Assembly: GCA_937888735.1 (NCBI GenBank)
Contig: CALASN010000080.1
Location: 1 to 53,281, forward strand
Length of the DNA stretch: 53,281 nt
From: an uncultured Bacillota bacterium
GTDB taxonomy: Bacteria > Bacillota > DTU084
Direction: 5' to 3'
Below are positions 9,395 to 19,154 of the stretch, one piece after another. The translations under genes and the position numbers were made by a program. Under the pieces are notes generated by a model. That model was given only the letters and a program-made list of their open reading frames with translations, was not told the origin of the DNA and did not search any database. Numbering within the stretch: position 1 is the first letter of the stretch; each line of letters starts with the position of its first letter.

Positions 9395-9592
9395 TCAGAA
9401 GAACCTTACCTGGAGTTTCTCTCCTGTGGCCCGGTAGTCCAGCGGAACTATTTCGTCAGCCTTATTGAAGACTGCTCCCCTGCCTGATTCTACGGCGTCC
9501 AGCGTTGCCGCGTCCAGCAGTTTCTTGACCGCAACGCCGGTAACCTTGCGCAGCCGCCCGTCGGCATGGGGCCGATATTTCTTGAACAACAT
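9395..9592 (-). CDS. small conserved hypothetical protein (paralog A, 65 aa)
   Basis: GGGAGG lies 8 nt upstream of the ATG and the gene has its own terminator. About 35% identity by eye to the 63-aa product of 11182-11373 (shared ML..R.HA.GR..K...LLD..TL..E..GR.AVFN...EI.PLD...RFF). Confidence 0.5.
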   Translation of the reverse strand: MLFKKYRPHADGRLRKVTGVAVKKLLDAATLDAVESGRGAVFNKADEIVPLDYRATGEKLQVRFF

Positions 9593-9693
9593 TTTTCATA
9601 CCTCCCTTTTTTCTTTGTCTACATTATGCCAGGGAGATATCTCAAACGTTTATCGGAATCGCAAAAGAGCTGTAAAATATTGTAAAATTACGG

Positions 9694-10395
9694 TTAATCT
9701 TTCCCTTCTTCCCGAAAACGATAGCCGACACCATATACGGTCTCAATCAGTTGGGGTTGCGCCGGGTCCTCCTCTATTTTCTCCCGCAGGCGCCTGATGT
9801 GAACATCCACAGTGCGGCTGCCGCCGTCGTAAGCGAAATCCCAGCCTTTGGTCAGGAGCAGATCCCGCGTCAAGACCTTCCCGGGACTGAGCATCAGCAA
9901 ATGCAGAAGCTCAAACTCTTTAGGCGTCAATTCCACCTTTTTGCCCCGTACCTTGACCTCGAACCGCTCGGGGTTCAGTTCCACGTCTCCGACTCGCAGA
10001 ATACCGCCTGGAGTTTGACTCTGAGCCAGCTCTTGCCTGCGAAGCATGGCTTTCACCCTGGCCACCAGTTCTCTGGTGCTGAATGGTTTAGGCAGGTAAT
10101 CGTCGGCGCCGATCTCAAGACCCAATACTCTGTCTATTTCTTCTCCCTTTGCGCTGAGCATGAGAATGGGCATTTGCTGTCCGGCGGCTCGCAATTCCCG
10201 GCAGACGGCGTAACCGTCTTTTTTGGGCAACATAATGTCCAGCACGATCAAATCCGGCTGCTCCCGCAGAGCTATGTTGACGGCTTCTTGTCCGTCCGCG
10301 GCCACGAGACAACTATAACCTTCCCGCTCAAGATTGTATTTGAGCAGTTCTACGATGGCCGGCTCATCATCAACGATTAATAGTTTGGAGCCCAA
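9694..10395 (-). CDS. OmpR/PhoB-family response regulator (receiver plus winged-helix), no cognate kinase in the window
   Basis: KLLIVDDEPAIVELL...DLIVLDIMLPKKDG receiver motifs and a C-terminal LTPKEFELLHLL...VDVHIRRLREKIE...IETVYGVGYRF trans_reg_C domain. TTG start is preceded by GGAGAGG. Confidence 0.9.
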   Translation of the reverse strand: MGSKLLIVDDEPAIVELLKYNLEREGYSCLVAADGQEAVNIALREQPDLIVLDIMLPKKDGYAVCRELRAAGQQMPILMLSAKGEEIDRVLGLEIGADDYLPKPFSTRELVARVKAMLRRQELAQSQTPGGILRVGDVELNPERFEVKVRGKKVELTPKEFELLHLLMLSPGKVLTRDLLLTKGWDFAYDGGSRTVDVHIRRLREKIEEDPAQPQLIETVYGVGYRFREEGKD

Positions 10396-10417
10396 TTACC
10401 TCTCCCCGCTTTACAGG

Positions 10418-10757
<340 letters not shown>

Positions 10758-10773
10758 CAAAATTCACAACTAA

Positions 10774-10802
10774 ATCATAACATGCCGCGCAGAACTTGTC
10801 AA
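10774..10802 (-). promoter_or_regulatory. consensus sigma-A promoter for rnpB (-35 TTGACA, 17 nt, -10 TATGAT)
   Basis: On the minus strand, TTGACA (10802-10797) overlaps the ylmC stop codon and TATGAT is at 10779-10774. That places it about 15-20 nt upstream of the P1 helix. Confidence 0.6.
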
Positions 10803-11041
10803 ACTTCATCTACATCCACCAAGATCACGTCGACGCCGAACCTTTTAATCTTCTCCCAGGGAATCGACTGCTTACTGTTCCTGCCGAACATGCGCAGCAG
10901 GATGCCCGCGTTATGCACGGAAATTGAGCGGATAGCGCCTGTCTCATCGTCAAACTCCACGTCGCAGACCGGACCTAAGCGTTTGCCGTCGCTGATGTTC
11001 ACCACTTCCCTGAGCTTAAGCTCAGATGATTTCGTCAGCAC
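10799..11041 (-). CDS. ylmC: YlmC/YmxH-family sporulation protein (PRC-barrel)
   Basis: 80 aa with LREVVNISDGKRLGPVCDVEFDDETGAIRSI...IPWEKIKRFGVDVILVD, typical of YlmC/YmxH. Confidence 0.85.
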   Translation of the reverse strand: MLTKSSELKLREVVNISDGKRLGPVCDVEFDDETGAIRSISVHNAGILLRMFGRNSKQSIPWEKIKRFGVDVILVDVDEV

Positions 11042-11110
11042 GCCCTCACCCCCATCTTATTTTCCTCTCTCTACACTAGTATGCAAAAGTCCTAAGCTTG
11101 GTGCCTCTTC

Positions 11111-11149
11111 AAAAAATAATTGAGGCGCCGTAATTGCTCACGGCGCCTC
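11111..11149 (-). terminator. rho-independent terminator
   Basis: On the minus strand, GAGGCGCCG-loop-CGGCGCCTC followed by AATTATTTTTT, downstream of the 63-aa ORF. Confidence 0.65.
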
Positions 11150-11181
11150 TAAAGCCTGAAAAGGCTATTGCTTTCGCTGGC

Positions 11182-11373
11182 TCAGAAAAAACGGTCTCTC
11201 AGCCGCTGGGGGATTTTATTGTCCAAAGGAGGAATCTCGCCTAAGACGTTAAAGACGGCGGTACGGCCGGTCGGCTCAACTTTGAGAGTCTCTCGATCCA
11301 ACAGCGTGCAGACCCTGCTCTCTTCAAATTTTTGGATGCGCCCTGCAGCGTGAGAACGAAATCTGTTCAGCAT
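11182..11373 (-). CDS. small conserved hypothetical protein (paralog B, 63 aa)
   Basis: Internal ATG at 11373 with GAGAGGTG 8 nt upstream. This gives a product co-linear with paralog A, and the gene has its own terminator. Confidence 0.5.
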   Translation of the reverse strand: MLNRFRSHAAGRIQKFEESRVCTLLDRETLKVEPTGRTAVFNVLGEIPPLDNKIPQRLRDRFF

Positions 11374-11466
11374 TGCCCTAGCACCTCTCGCCACCAGTAT
11401 GCCACAGGCTTTTTTAGGAAAAATGTCCAACTAGTTACAAGAGTGTTAGGGTTTGAAAAAAATATG

Positions 11467-12090
11467 TTAATCGCTCTTGGCCACTTTCTCCTTGCCAAGC
11501 TGCTGGATCTTTTCCACCAGGCGAAACTTAATTTTCACTTTGGCTGTCTCAACTGGAACCGGCTTGACGGATCTTTGAACGTCGGAAAAACACATGGGCG
11601 GAAACAACACGCACCACCAATTATGCCCCACGCCCTTGCCGATGATAACGCGCAGCGCGCGATAACGGCCCTGATGCACGACGACGTCGTCGTAGGTGCG
11701 ATCCGGGAAATTGTGCCAGCCATATTCGGCCCGCACTGGATAAGCGTATCCTTCCTTGGCTATACAGGAGCGAGCCACCGCTTCGATATAGTTCAAATTG
11801 CCCGTGATTGATCTGGCGGCTGAGGAGCTGTCCACGTTTTGGGAGAGCATGGGCGTTGTGGCTTTAAGGATCGCGTCCCGCACTTTCAATTTCAGTTCTT
11901 GATCGGCTGAGCTATTGCTGTTTGCGATTACATGAAGACGAATGAGATTGTTGGGATTATACGCGGTAACCGCCTGCTTTGGCCACCCGGCAATAGATAA
12001 GGCCACAGTACAGATGAGGCCGGCCGCAAGCAGCAGACTCCCGCTATAGATAATTCTGGTTCGCAACGGCTTCACTCCTTTCTTAAACAT
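11467..12090 (-). CDS. spoIIR: stage II sporulation protein R
   Basis: Signal/TM N-terminus followed by LIRLHVIANSNSSADQELKLKVRDAIL and WWCVLFPPMCF, the SpoIIR hallmarks. Confidence 0.9.
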   Translation of the reverse strand: MFKKGVKPLRTRIIYSGSLLLAAGLICTVALSIAGWPKQAVTAYNPNNLIRLHVIANSNSSADQELKLKVRDAILKATTPMLSQNVDSSSAARSITGNLNYIEAVARSCIAKEGYAYPVRAEYGWHNFPDRTYDDVVVHQGRYRALRVIIGKGVGHNWWCVLFPPMCFSDVQRSVKPVPVETAKVKIKFRLVEKIQQLGKEKVAKSD

Positions 12091-12871
12091 AGCGCCGCAT
12101 ATGGCGCAAAGCTGCTTTCTCCAGTCTGGAAACTTGAGCCTGAGAAATGCCGATCTCGTCGGCTACTTCCATTTGGGTCTTGCCTTCAAAAAAACGTAAG
12201 GATAAAATCATGCGTTCCCGCTGACTGAGCCGCTCCAAAGCTTCCCGAATGGCAATGCGTTCCAGCCAGTTGCCGTCCTCGCTGCGGTCATCGCTGATCT
12301 GATCCATCACGAAAATCGGATCTCCTCCGTCGTGGTAGATGGGCTCAAACAGGGAGATCGGTTCCTGGATGGCGTCTAGGGCGAAGACAACTTCTTCTCG
12401 TTTCAGATTCAGCGCGGCGGCGATTTCCGCCACCGTAGGTTCCTTGCCGTTTTTGCTCACCAGCTGATCCCTGATTTGCAGCGATTTATAGGCAATATCG
12501 CGCAAGGAACGACTGACGCGGATGGGATTGTTATCTCTCAGATACCTGCGAATCTCGCCGATGATCATGGGAACCGCATAGGTGGAGAACTTTACGTTTT
12601 GCGATAAATCGAAGTTATCAATTGCTTTCATCAGTCCAATGCACCCGACCTGGAATAGATCGTCCACGTATTCGCCGCGATTATTGAATCTTTGAATCAC
12701 AGATAAGACCAAGCGCAGGTTGCCGTGGATTAGCTCATCGCGTACGCTTTCCTCCCCGGAGCGCAATCGCTCAAGCAGGACTCTGATCTGCTTGCTGGTC
12801 AGAACCGGCAATTTCGCAGTATTGACGCCGCAGATTTCTACTTTATTAGGTAGCAAATCCTCTCCCCCCAC
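12083..12871 (-). CDS. sigG: RNA polymerase sporulation sigma factor SigG
   Basis: NKVEICGVNTAKLPVL...GNLRLVLSVIQRFNNRGEYVDDLFQVGCIGLMKAIDNFD is near-identical to the B. subtilis SigG core. The start is GTG at 12871, or the TTG four codons downstream. Confidence 0.95.
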   Translation of the reverse strand: MGGEDLLPNKVEICGVNTAKLPVLTSKQIRVLLERLRSGEESVRDELIHGNLRLVLSVIQRFNNRGEYVDDLFQVGCIGLMKAIDNFDLSQNVKFSTYAVPMIIGEIRRYLRDNNPIRVSRSLRDIAYKSLQIRDQLVSKNGKEPTVAEIAAALNLKREEVVFALDAIQEPISLFEPIYHDGGDPIFVMDQISDDRSEDGNWLERIAIREALERLSQRERMILSLRFFEGKTQMEVADEIGISQAQVSRLEKAALRHMRRYV

Positions 12872-12971
12872 TGTTTAGCTTCGATCTCATTATTGCCGCG
12901 GACTGCCGCTTTTATACATTAACCCAGGGGAGGGATAAATTTTTACAAAATAGCAAGACTTTTCCGCAGAT

Positions 12972-13002
12972 AAAAAAAAGCCCCAGACTTTTCGTCTAGG
13001 GC
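12972..13002 (-). terminator. rho-independent terminator after sigE
   Basis: On the minus strand, GCCCTAGAC-GAAAA-GTCTGGGGC followed by TTTTTTTT. Confidence 0.65.
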
Positions 13003-13011
13003 CGGAACGTT

Positions 13012-13755
13012 TTATTCCATTTTCGCCATTTGGAGGCGCAATTTTTTGATGATCCGCTTTTCCAAGCGCGAGATATATGATTGGGAAATTCCCAGCTGAT
13101 CCGCAACTTCTTTTTGGGTGCGTTCCCTGCCTGTGGAAAGGCCGAACCGCAGATCCATAATATGCCTTTCCCTGCCGTTTAAGTGTTCCAAGGCTACGCC
13201 CAGAAGTTTACGATCTATTTCTTGCTCCAGCTTACGGTAAGTGAGATCGCCGTCCGTTCCCAAGACATCCGACAATAACAGTTCATTGCCGTCCCAGTCG
13301 ATATTCAGCGGTTCGTCAAAGGAGACCTCGGCTTTATTCCGGTTGCTGCGGCGCAAGTACATGAGAATCTCGTTTTCGATGCACCGGGAGGCATATGTGG
13401 CAAGCTTGATCTTCTTGTTGGGATCGAAGGTATTCACCGCTTTGATTAAGCCAATGGTGCCAATGGACACCAGATCCTCGATCCCCACTCCTGTATTTTC
13501 GAATTTGCGGGCTATGTAGACGACAAGGCGCAGGTTATGCTCAATCAGCAAGCTTTTTACGCTGTCATCCCCTGCGGCCAAAGCCGCGAGAAAATGGGCT
13601 TCTTCCTCGGGATTAAGCGGCGGCGGGAGCACCTCATTGCTGCCGATGAAAAAGATTCCCCGGTGAGGGAGCAGTCCTAAACGGATTAGCAGCTGTACGC
13701 TTAGCAGCCTGAGCCAGAGCTGCAACCTTTCCAAGGTTCGTTTTGGCAAGATCAA
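13012..13755 (-). CDS. sigE: RNA polymerase sporulation sigma factor SigE (pro-sigma-E)
   Basis: Pro-sequence then [12 protein letters not shown]...[66 protein letters not shown]. Confidence 0.95.
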   Translation of the reverse strand: MILPKRTLERLQLWLRLLSVQLLIRLGLLPHRGIFFIGSNEVLPPPLNPEEEAHFLAALAAGDDSVKSLLIEHNLRLVVYIARKFENTGVGIEDLVSIGTIGLIKAVNTFDPNKKIKLATYASRCIENEILMYLRRSNRNKAEVSFDEPLNIDWDGNELLLSDVLGTDGDLTYRKLEQEIDRKLLGVALEHLNGRERHIMDLRFGLSTGRERTQKEVADQLGISQSYISRLEKRIIKKLRLQMAKME

Positions 13756-13766
13756 CCTCTCCCTAA

Positions 13767-14669
13767 CTAGTTTCTTAGTGTTGCCAACTGCAAAATCTCA
13801 GGATGCATTAACGCACTGTATTCGCCTTCGGGTTGAAAGCTGCGCTGATAAATGCCGATCACCACATCCTCCAGCCTGTGTTTGCTCTTTCCCTGGGAAA
13901 AAGTCACCTCATCAGGCCGCAGGCCGATGAGCATTCCGTGTTCCATGCCGATGGAAGAATACGGCAGCAAGCGAAAGCGCTGCGCCCACGGAGTGTCTGC
14001 CACAGCCGCTGTGAGCTCGGAAAAGTCAAATTCGCGGGCAGAAACTGCCGCCAGCAGCTCTTTGGGCAAAAGCGAACCCAAAGCCTGAGCTTCCACGATG
14101 ATTACGTTATCTCCGGTGAGAGGATCTCTCAGGTTATTGGCAGTGTCTAAGAGCGCTTCGATCTCCACCTGCGCCGCGCCCAGTCTCACCGTGATGGGAA
14201 CGTGCAGCAACTCCTGCCAGACAACTTTGTGCACCACTCCCCAACCCAGTTCCGCCAACGCTAAGATGGCGGCAATGGCTGTTACGTACTTCACCACGGA
14301 ATTCTCAGCAAACATGTAGCCAGCCATAATTCCCGCTCCGCTGGAGACGAGTCCGATGAGGATGAAGTAGCCGCCGACCGCTAAAAACCGTCTGCCCGGC
14401 AAAGGAAAAAAGGCAAGAAGCAGCATCAGGACGAACACGCTCAACATGACAATGGGGCTCGCAAAAAAAGCAAACCCCCGCCACAATCCCCAGCTGGCGC
14501 CCAGATAACCGAATTCATAAAGCGTGCCCAGCACGGCTGCTGACAGCAAACGCCAAAACGGCCGCCGGAGCTTAGTAATCTGAGCTGTGGCCCAAAAGAG
14601 GAGAAGATTCACCAGCAAATCTCCGCATAGCTTCACTAAAACCTCATCAAGGTAAATTACAGTTCTCAT
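13767..14669 (-). CDS. spoIIGA: sigma-E processing peptidase SpoIIGA
   Basis: Five N-terminal TM helices (YLDEVLV...[11 protein letters not shown]) and a C-terminal [14 protein letters not shown] aspartic-protease region. It lies immediately upstream of sigE. Confidence 0.9.
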   Translation of the reverse strand: MRTVIYLDEVLVKLCGDLLVNLLLFWATAQITKLRRPFWRLLSAAVLGTLYEFGYLGASWGLWRGFAFFASPIVMLSVFVLMLLLAFFPLPGRRFLAVGGYFILIGLVSSGAGIMAGYMFAENSVVKYVTAIAAILALAELGWGVVHKVVWQELLHVPITVRLGAAQVEIEALLDTANNLRDPLTGDNVIIVEAQALGSLLPKELLAAVSAREFDFSELTAAVADTPWAQRFRLLPYSSIGMEHGMLIGLRPDEVTFSQGKSKHRLEDVVIGIYQRSFQPEGEYSALMHPEILQLATLRN

Positions 14670-14730
14670 CCCTTGATCACCTCGAACGCTTCTCCCTCTA
14701 TTTTTAAAATCGCAGCCGCCTCTTCCTCCT

Positions 14731-15816
14731 TTATCTGTTGCTGCGCAGAAATTTTGGCAAATCCAAAGTGTTATCCTTGAAACTAAACGGTTTGAGCTCT
14801 TCGAGCTTTTCTACCGCCGGTTCCTCAGATTTGCGATCGAAGCCCGTGGCGATCACGGTGATCACAATCTCATCTTTTAAAGATTCATCCAGCACAGTGC
14901 CGAAGATGATATTGGCTTCCTTGTCCGCAACTTCTTGAATCATCTCCGCGGCTTCGTATACTTCCTGCAAGCCAAGGTTGGAATCGCCGGCTACGCTGAG
15001 AATGATTCCTTTGGCTCCTTCAATGGAAGCCTCCAGCAAGGGACTGCTGATGGACATTCTGGCCGCCTCCGCAGCCCTGTTTTCGCCGGTGGCGCAGCTG
15101 ACGCCCATCAACGCCGAACCTGCGTCGCTCATGATGGTCTTCAGATCCGCGAAGTCCAAATTAATATAGCCGGGATGAGTGATCAAATCGCTGATCCCCT
15201 GCACTCCTTGGCGCAGAACATCGTCCGCCATCCGGAAAGCGTCGATCAGCGAAGTTCGTTTTTCCGCGACCTGCAACAGCCTGTCATTGGGGATTACGAT
15301 CAGCGCGTCCACGTGTTCCTTGAGTTTGGCAATGCCCTCTTCGGCCTGGCTTTGCCTGCGCCTGCCTTCGAATATGAAAGGCTTGGTGACCACGCCTACG
15401 GTTAAGGTGCCAAGTTCCCTGGCAAGCTCAGCCACCACTGGCGCGCCGCCCGTGCCTGTGCCGCCGCCCATGCCTGCGGTGATGAAGACCATATCCGCGC
15501 CTTGCAGGGCAGAGCGGAGATCTTCGCGGCTCTCTTCTGCCGCCCGCTGTCCGACCTCAGGATTAGAGCCGGCTCCCAAACCTTTGGTCAATTTGCTGCC
15601 GGCCTGAATTTTTTTCTGAGCCTGGCACTGCTGGAGAGCCTGCGCGTCCGTATTGACCGCCACAAATTCCACATCCCGAAGCCCCGCCTCGATCATGCGA
15701 TTAATGGCGTTATTGCCGCCGCCGCCGACGCCGATCACCTTAATCTTCGCAGTGCTGACGTTGCCGTCGGAACCGCTTTCGAATTCAAAGCTGCTATCTG
15801 CAGGCATTACCATCAT
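14731..15816 (-). CDS. ftsZ: cell division protein FtsZ
   Basis: [27 protein letters not shown] and [18 protein letters not shown] tubulin-signature motifs. ATGATG at 15816 is preceded by GGCAAGGAGAGA. The ORF track extends to 15879. Confidence 0.97.
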   Translation of the reverse strand: MMVMPADSSFEFESGSDGNVSTAKIKVIGVGGGGNNAINRMIEAGLRDVEFVAVNTDAQALQQCQAQKKIQAGSKLTKGLGAGSNPEVGQRAAEESREDLRSALQGADMVFITAGMGGGTGTGGAPVVAELARELGTLTVGVVTKPFIFEGRRRQSQAEEGIAKLKEHVDALIVIPNDRLLQVAEKRTSLIDAFRMADDVLRQGVQGISDLITHPGYINLDFADLKTIMSDAGSALMGVSCATGENRAAEAARMSISSPLLEASIEGAKGIILSVAGDSNLGLQEVYEAAEMIQEVADKEANIIFGTVLDESLKDEIVITVIATGFDRKSEEPAVEKLEELKPFSFKDNTLDLPKFLRSNR

Positions 15817-15918
15817 TATCTCTCCTTGCCTTACATGTTTATTCTCCCGATGTTCCCACAGGCTGCCGGTCTGCTCCAAACAGCCTCTCCAAATATAAAT
15901 ATGTTCAACATGCAGCCA

Positions 15919-16311
15919 TTATTTTCCTTTTTTCGACCGGAAAAAGTGTTTGTTTTTTTCGCTCCAGGTCCTGGCAATGCCAAGGATCATGTGCCTGCGG
16001 ATCATGCCTAAATTATTGAAAATCCTTATGGAAAACGCTACCGTCGCGCCTAAGACCAAATCGACGCCCAACCGCACCCCAAGATACGTGAGGCCTATGG
16101 CCAGCAAGATATTGGTAAAAAAACCGCTGAGGAAGACGGCGTTATCATAGTTGTTGTCCAGGGCGGCGCGCACGCCGCCGAAGACAGAGTCTATGGCGGC
16201 CAGGATTCCCACAGCCATGTAACTGCTATAGGCGACTGGCAGGGAAACTTGCCACCCCACCCCGATGAGGATGCCGATTAAAAGGCCGATAATGGGAAGC
16301 CACAATTTCAC
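15919..16311 (-). CDS. sbp: small basic protein Sbp (DUF1290)
   Basis: MKLWLPIIGLLIGILIG...AIDSVFGGVRAALDNNYDNAVFLSGFFTN matches the sbp family found between divIB and ftsA/ftsZ in Bacilli. Confidence 0.85.
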   Translation of the reverse strand: MKLWLPIIGLLIGILIGVGWQVSLPVAYSSYMAVGILAAIDSVFGGVRAALDNNYDNAVFLSGFFTNILLAIGLTYLGVRLGVDLVLGATVAFSIRIFNNLGMIRRHMILGIARTWSEKNKHFFRSKKGK

Positions 16312-17021
16312 TCACTCCTGTTCTCCTGAGCGTAATGGAAATTGATGGTACCTTTGTAAGGAGGTACGGTAATCTTCTCTTTTTTCGTGATGGAAATTTG
16401 AATTCCCCAAGGCCGCATGGGTTCCAGCACGCCGCCTCGCATTTCCAAAGACGACTGCAGCACGCTGGCATCCCCGATAGCCAGAATCTCAAAAGGCGGC
16501 GTCACCCGGGTGGAATTAACCAAAATGGTCGGACCTGCGCAACGAATCTCCGAGGTGGTGATCAGTCTCTGACCATTAACGGACACGGCCTCCGCCCCTG
16601 CGGCGAATAATTCGTTGACAGCCAGGAGCAGATCTTCATAGTGAATTAGATACATATCCGTGGCTGCGTCCTCATTGCCCTTCAATTTACTGTCATCCAA
16701 GATCAGCTCAATCCCCGGTCCGGAAAGAGAGGTGAGACCGCTGAGAATTCTCAGCTTTTTCAGCTCTTCGGTCACAGCGCTTTCGGAATTGCTGTCTTTC
16801 TGGGTCAGCTGTTCCCGAAGTTTGGCGACTTCCATTTCCAGCAGCTGCCGCTGTTCCTCAGACTGTTTATATAATTCAGATAAAGCGTCCAGCCTACCCA
16901 AAGTAGCCGGCCCCTTCGCCTGCTGCGTGCGTAGTTGAGCGACTAAAAAGATTCCTAGCAAAATGCAGACCAAAGCGATGGAAATTTGCCAGTTGCGCAC
17001 GAGGTGCTCCTCCCTTCTCAT
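16308..17021 (-). CDS. DUF881-domain protein (YlxW/YlxX-like)
   Basis: TM helix, coiled coil, then GPGIELILDD...IHYEDLLLAVNELFAAGAEAVSVNGQRL. The ATG at 17021 forms an ATGA overlap with the ftsQ stop. The longer ORF-track N-terminus is Arg/Cys-rich and implausible. Confidence 0.8.
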   Translation of the reverse strand: MRREEHLVRNWQISIALVCILLGIFLVAQLRTQQAKGPATLGRLDALSELYKQSEEQRQLLEMEVAKLREQLTQKDSNSESAVTEELKKLRILSGLTSLSGPGIELILDDSKLKGNEDAATDMYLIHYEDLLLAVNELFAAGAEAVSVNGQRLITTSEIRCAGPTILVNSTRVTPPFEILAIGDASVLQSSLEMRGGVLEPMRPWGIQISITKKEKITVPPYKGTINFHYAQENRSE

Positions 17022-17800
17022 CTCAGAACCGGGCTTTTGGGAATGCGCAAATCTAAAAGCTTCCCTGCTTTGTCGGTCAACTCGCCGGACAGCGTGTTGA
17101 GCACGGCAGCTTTTTCTCGCAACTGAGTGGCAGAGCCCCACAATACTTCCACATTGGACAATGTAATCAACACGAAACTTCGCCGGTCGATGTTGATTTC
17201 GGCGATCTGACGGCTCAGATCCTCGCCGAGAACGCCGGCGATGGCAGCAGCGTCGCAAATCTGAGGCTGCTCCAGACGCGCTCCAGTGCGCACGTAAGAA
17301 GGGCTTGCCCCGGTGATCATGGGCAGGGAAATGGGCTCATTATCGCTCAATACTCCCAGCACATAGCCGTCTTTGTCCAGCTCCAGATAAGAACCTCCGA
17401 AGGCCAGGATGGCGACGGGTTTCCGCTCTGTGATCTGCACGCGCAATTTATCCGGGTAACGTTTCTGAATCGCTGCTTTAGCGATCCTTGGCTGTTCCTC
17501 CAAGGCCGCCTGGGAAGCGACCGCATTCAGGGCAAAGATATTATGGCCCGTGGACAGATCGGCAAAGCTGAGGATTTCCTCACGGGTAAAGTACTTGTTT
17601 CCAGCCACCTCGATTGAGGCAATTTGAAAAAAAGCGGAATGGAACAATGAATAAACGGCAATCACGCATAAAAATAGCAACAAATAGAATGTGAAGAGTC
17701 TTTTTCGCTTCTTCTGGACTTCCATCCGCTCCCGCAACAGGATCCACCCTCTCTTCAAGCTTTCATTCCCCATTATAGCATATTTTGCCGAAATGCCCAT
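17018..17800 (-). CDS. ftsQ: cell division protein FtsQ/DivIB (POTRA domain)
   Basis: Single TM helix then POTRA IASIEVAGNKYFTREEIL...RYPDKLRVQITERKPVA. The start is uncertain: candidates are 17863, 17800, TTG 17737 and 17725. Confidence 0.8.
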   Translation of the reverse strand: MGISAKYAIMGNESLKRGWILLRERMEVQKKRKRLFTFYLLLFLCVIAVYSLFHSAFFQIASIEVAGNKYFTREEILSFADLSTGHNIFALNAVASQAALEEQPRIAKAAIQKRYPDKLRVQITERKPVAILAFGGSYLELDKDGYVLGVLSDNEPISLPMITGASPSYVRTGARLEQPQICDAAAIAGVLGEDLSRQIAEINIDRRSFVLITLSNVEVLWGSATQLREKAAVLNTLSGELTDKAGKLLDLRIPKSPVLR

Positions 17801-17822
17801 CTTTTTTTCTGGAATTTCCCCC

Positions 17823-19091
17823 TCAATTTTCTCCTCGGGGAGCGTCCTCCTGCAAGCGGACATGAGCGCCCAGGGAGCGAAATTTTTCCACCAAATTTTC
17901 GTAGCCGCGGTCCAGGTGTTCTGTGCCCTTAATCACGGATTCGCCCTTTGCTGCTAGACTCGCCAGCAGCAAAGCCATGCCGCCGCGCAGATCCGGAGCT
18001 TCCACTTGGGCTCCTGACAGCTGCTTCACGCCCCGCACCAAGGCGCTTCTGCCTTCCACTTTAATATCCGCGCCCATTCTCCTGAGTTCATCCACATGGC
18101 GAAAGCGATCGTTGAATACTGTCTCCACCACCAGACTGGTGCCCTCCGCGAGGGACAACAGGGCCATGATCTGCTGCTGCAGATCAGTGGGAAAGCCGGG
18201 ATAAGGCAGCGCGTAGACGCAGACTGGCTTGGGGCGGGATGGACCCGTGACCTTAATTAAGCCGCTTTCCCGGACGATTTTGCAGCCTGTCTCGAGCAGC
18301 TTTCCCAGCACCGCAGCCACGTGGTGTTCGTGCGCTCCGTAGATTTCGATTTCGCCGCCGGTAATTCCTGCGGCAATCATGTAAGTGCCCACTTCAATCC
18401 TGTCCGCGCACAGCTGCCAAGAAGTTCCGCGGAGTCTTTCTTTGCCCTCAATGCGGATCATATCTGTGCCTGCCCCTGATATCTGCGCTCCCATGCTGTT
18501 GAGAAAATTCTGCTCTTCCGCGATCTCCGGCTCTTTGGCCGCGTTATAAATCCTGGTCACGCCCTGAGCTAAAGTCGCGGCCATCATGATGTTTTCCGTG
18601 GCTCCCACCGAGGGATAGTCCAGATGGATATCAGTTCCCGTCAGCCTTCCAGCTTCCAGTTCAACATAGCCGTGTTCTTCCCTGGCTCGGCTCCCTAAGG
18701 CGGTCAGCCCTTTGATGTGATAATCCACAGGCCTGGGACCAATATTGCAGCCTCCGGGCTCAGCCGCGCGCACATATCCGGTCCTTGCCAAAAGCGGTCC
18801 CATGACCTGAATGGAGGCGCGCATGGTGCGGGCCAGCTCCTCCGGCACATGGGGTTTCAGTTCACCGGCGGCTTGAATCCACAGATTCCCGTCTTGAAAT
18901 TGTACCTGGGCGCCTAGGAGAGTTAAGATCTCCACCATATAATTTACGTCCTGTATTCGCGGCACGCCGCGTATCAAGCAAGGCTCCTCTGTGAGAAGAG
19001 CTGCCGCGGCCAGCTTCAGGGCCGCGTTTTTTGCGCCTTGCGGTTTGATCTTTCCACGCAATGGCGAGCCGCCTTCAATGGCAAGTTGCAT
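17823..19091 (-). CDS. murA: UDP-N-acetylglucosamine 1-carboxyvinyltransferase
   Basis: GSPLRGKIKPQGAKNAALKLAAAALL and the active-site stretch GGCNIGPRPVDYHIKGL (catalytic Cys present), 422 aa. Confidence 0.95.
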   Translation of the reverse strand: MQLAIEGGSPLRGKIKPQGAKNAALKLAAAALLTEEPCLIRGVPRIQDVNYMVEILTLLGAQVQFQDGNLWIQAAGELKPHVPEELARTMRASIQVMGPLLARTGYVRAAEPGGCNIGPRPVDYHIKGLTALGSRAREEHGYVELEAGRLTGTDIHLDYPSVGATENIMMAATLAQGVTRIYNAAKEPEIAEEQNFLNSMGAQISGAGTDMIRIEGKERLRGTSWQLCADRIEVGTYMIAAGITGGEIEIYGAHEHHVAAVLGKLLETGCKIVRESGLIKVTGPSRPKPVCVYALPYPGFPTDLQQQIMALLSLAEGTSLVVETVFNDRFRHVDELRRMGADIKVEGRSALVRGVKQLSGAQVEAPDLRGGMALLLASLAAKGESVIKGTEHLDRGYENLVEKFRSLGAHVRLQEDAPRGEN

Positions 19092-19154
19092 TTAAAATAC
19101 ACCTCCACATTTCGCTTAGGACAATGTCATCATATGCGAAGGTAAAGTTATCTG

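Noticed and set aside
9751-10380. 209-aa plus-strand ORF opposite the response regulator
   Set aside because: It is the antisense shadow of a confidently recognised OmpR-family gene and shows no motif.
12887-12917. Candidate forespore-type promoter upstream of sigG (GTATA-N17-CAATAAT)
   Set aside because: It only loosely matches the SigF/SigG consensus as I remember it. I cannot score it without a matrix, so it is not listed as a feature.
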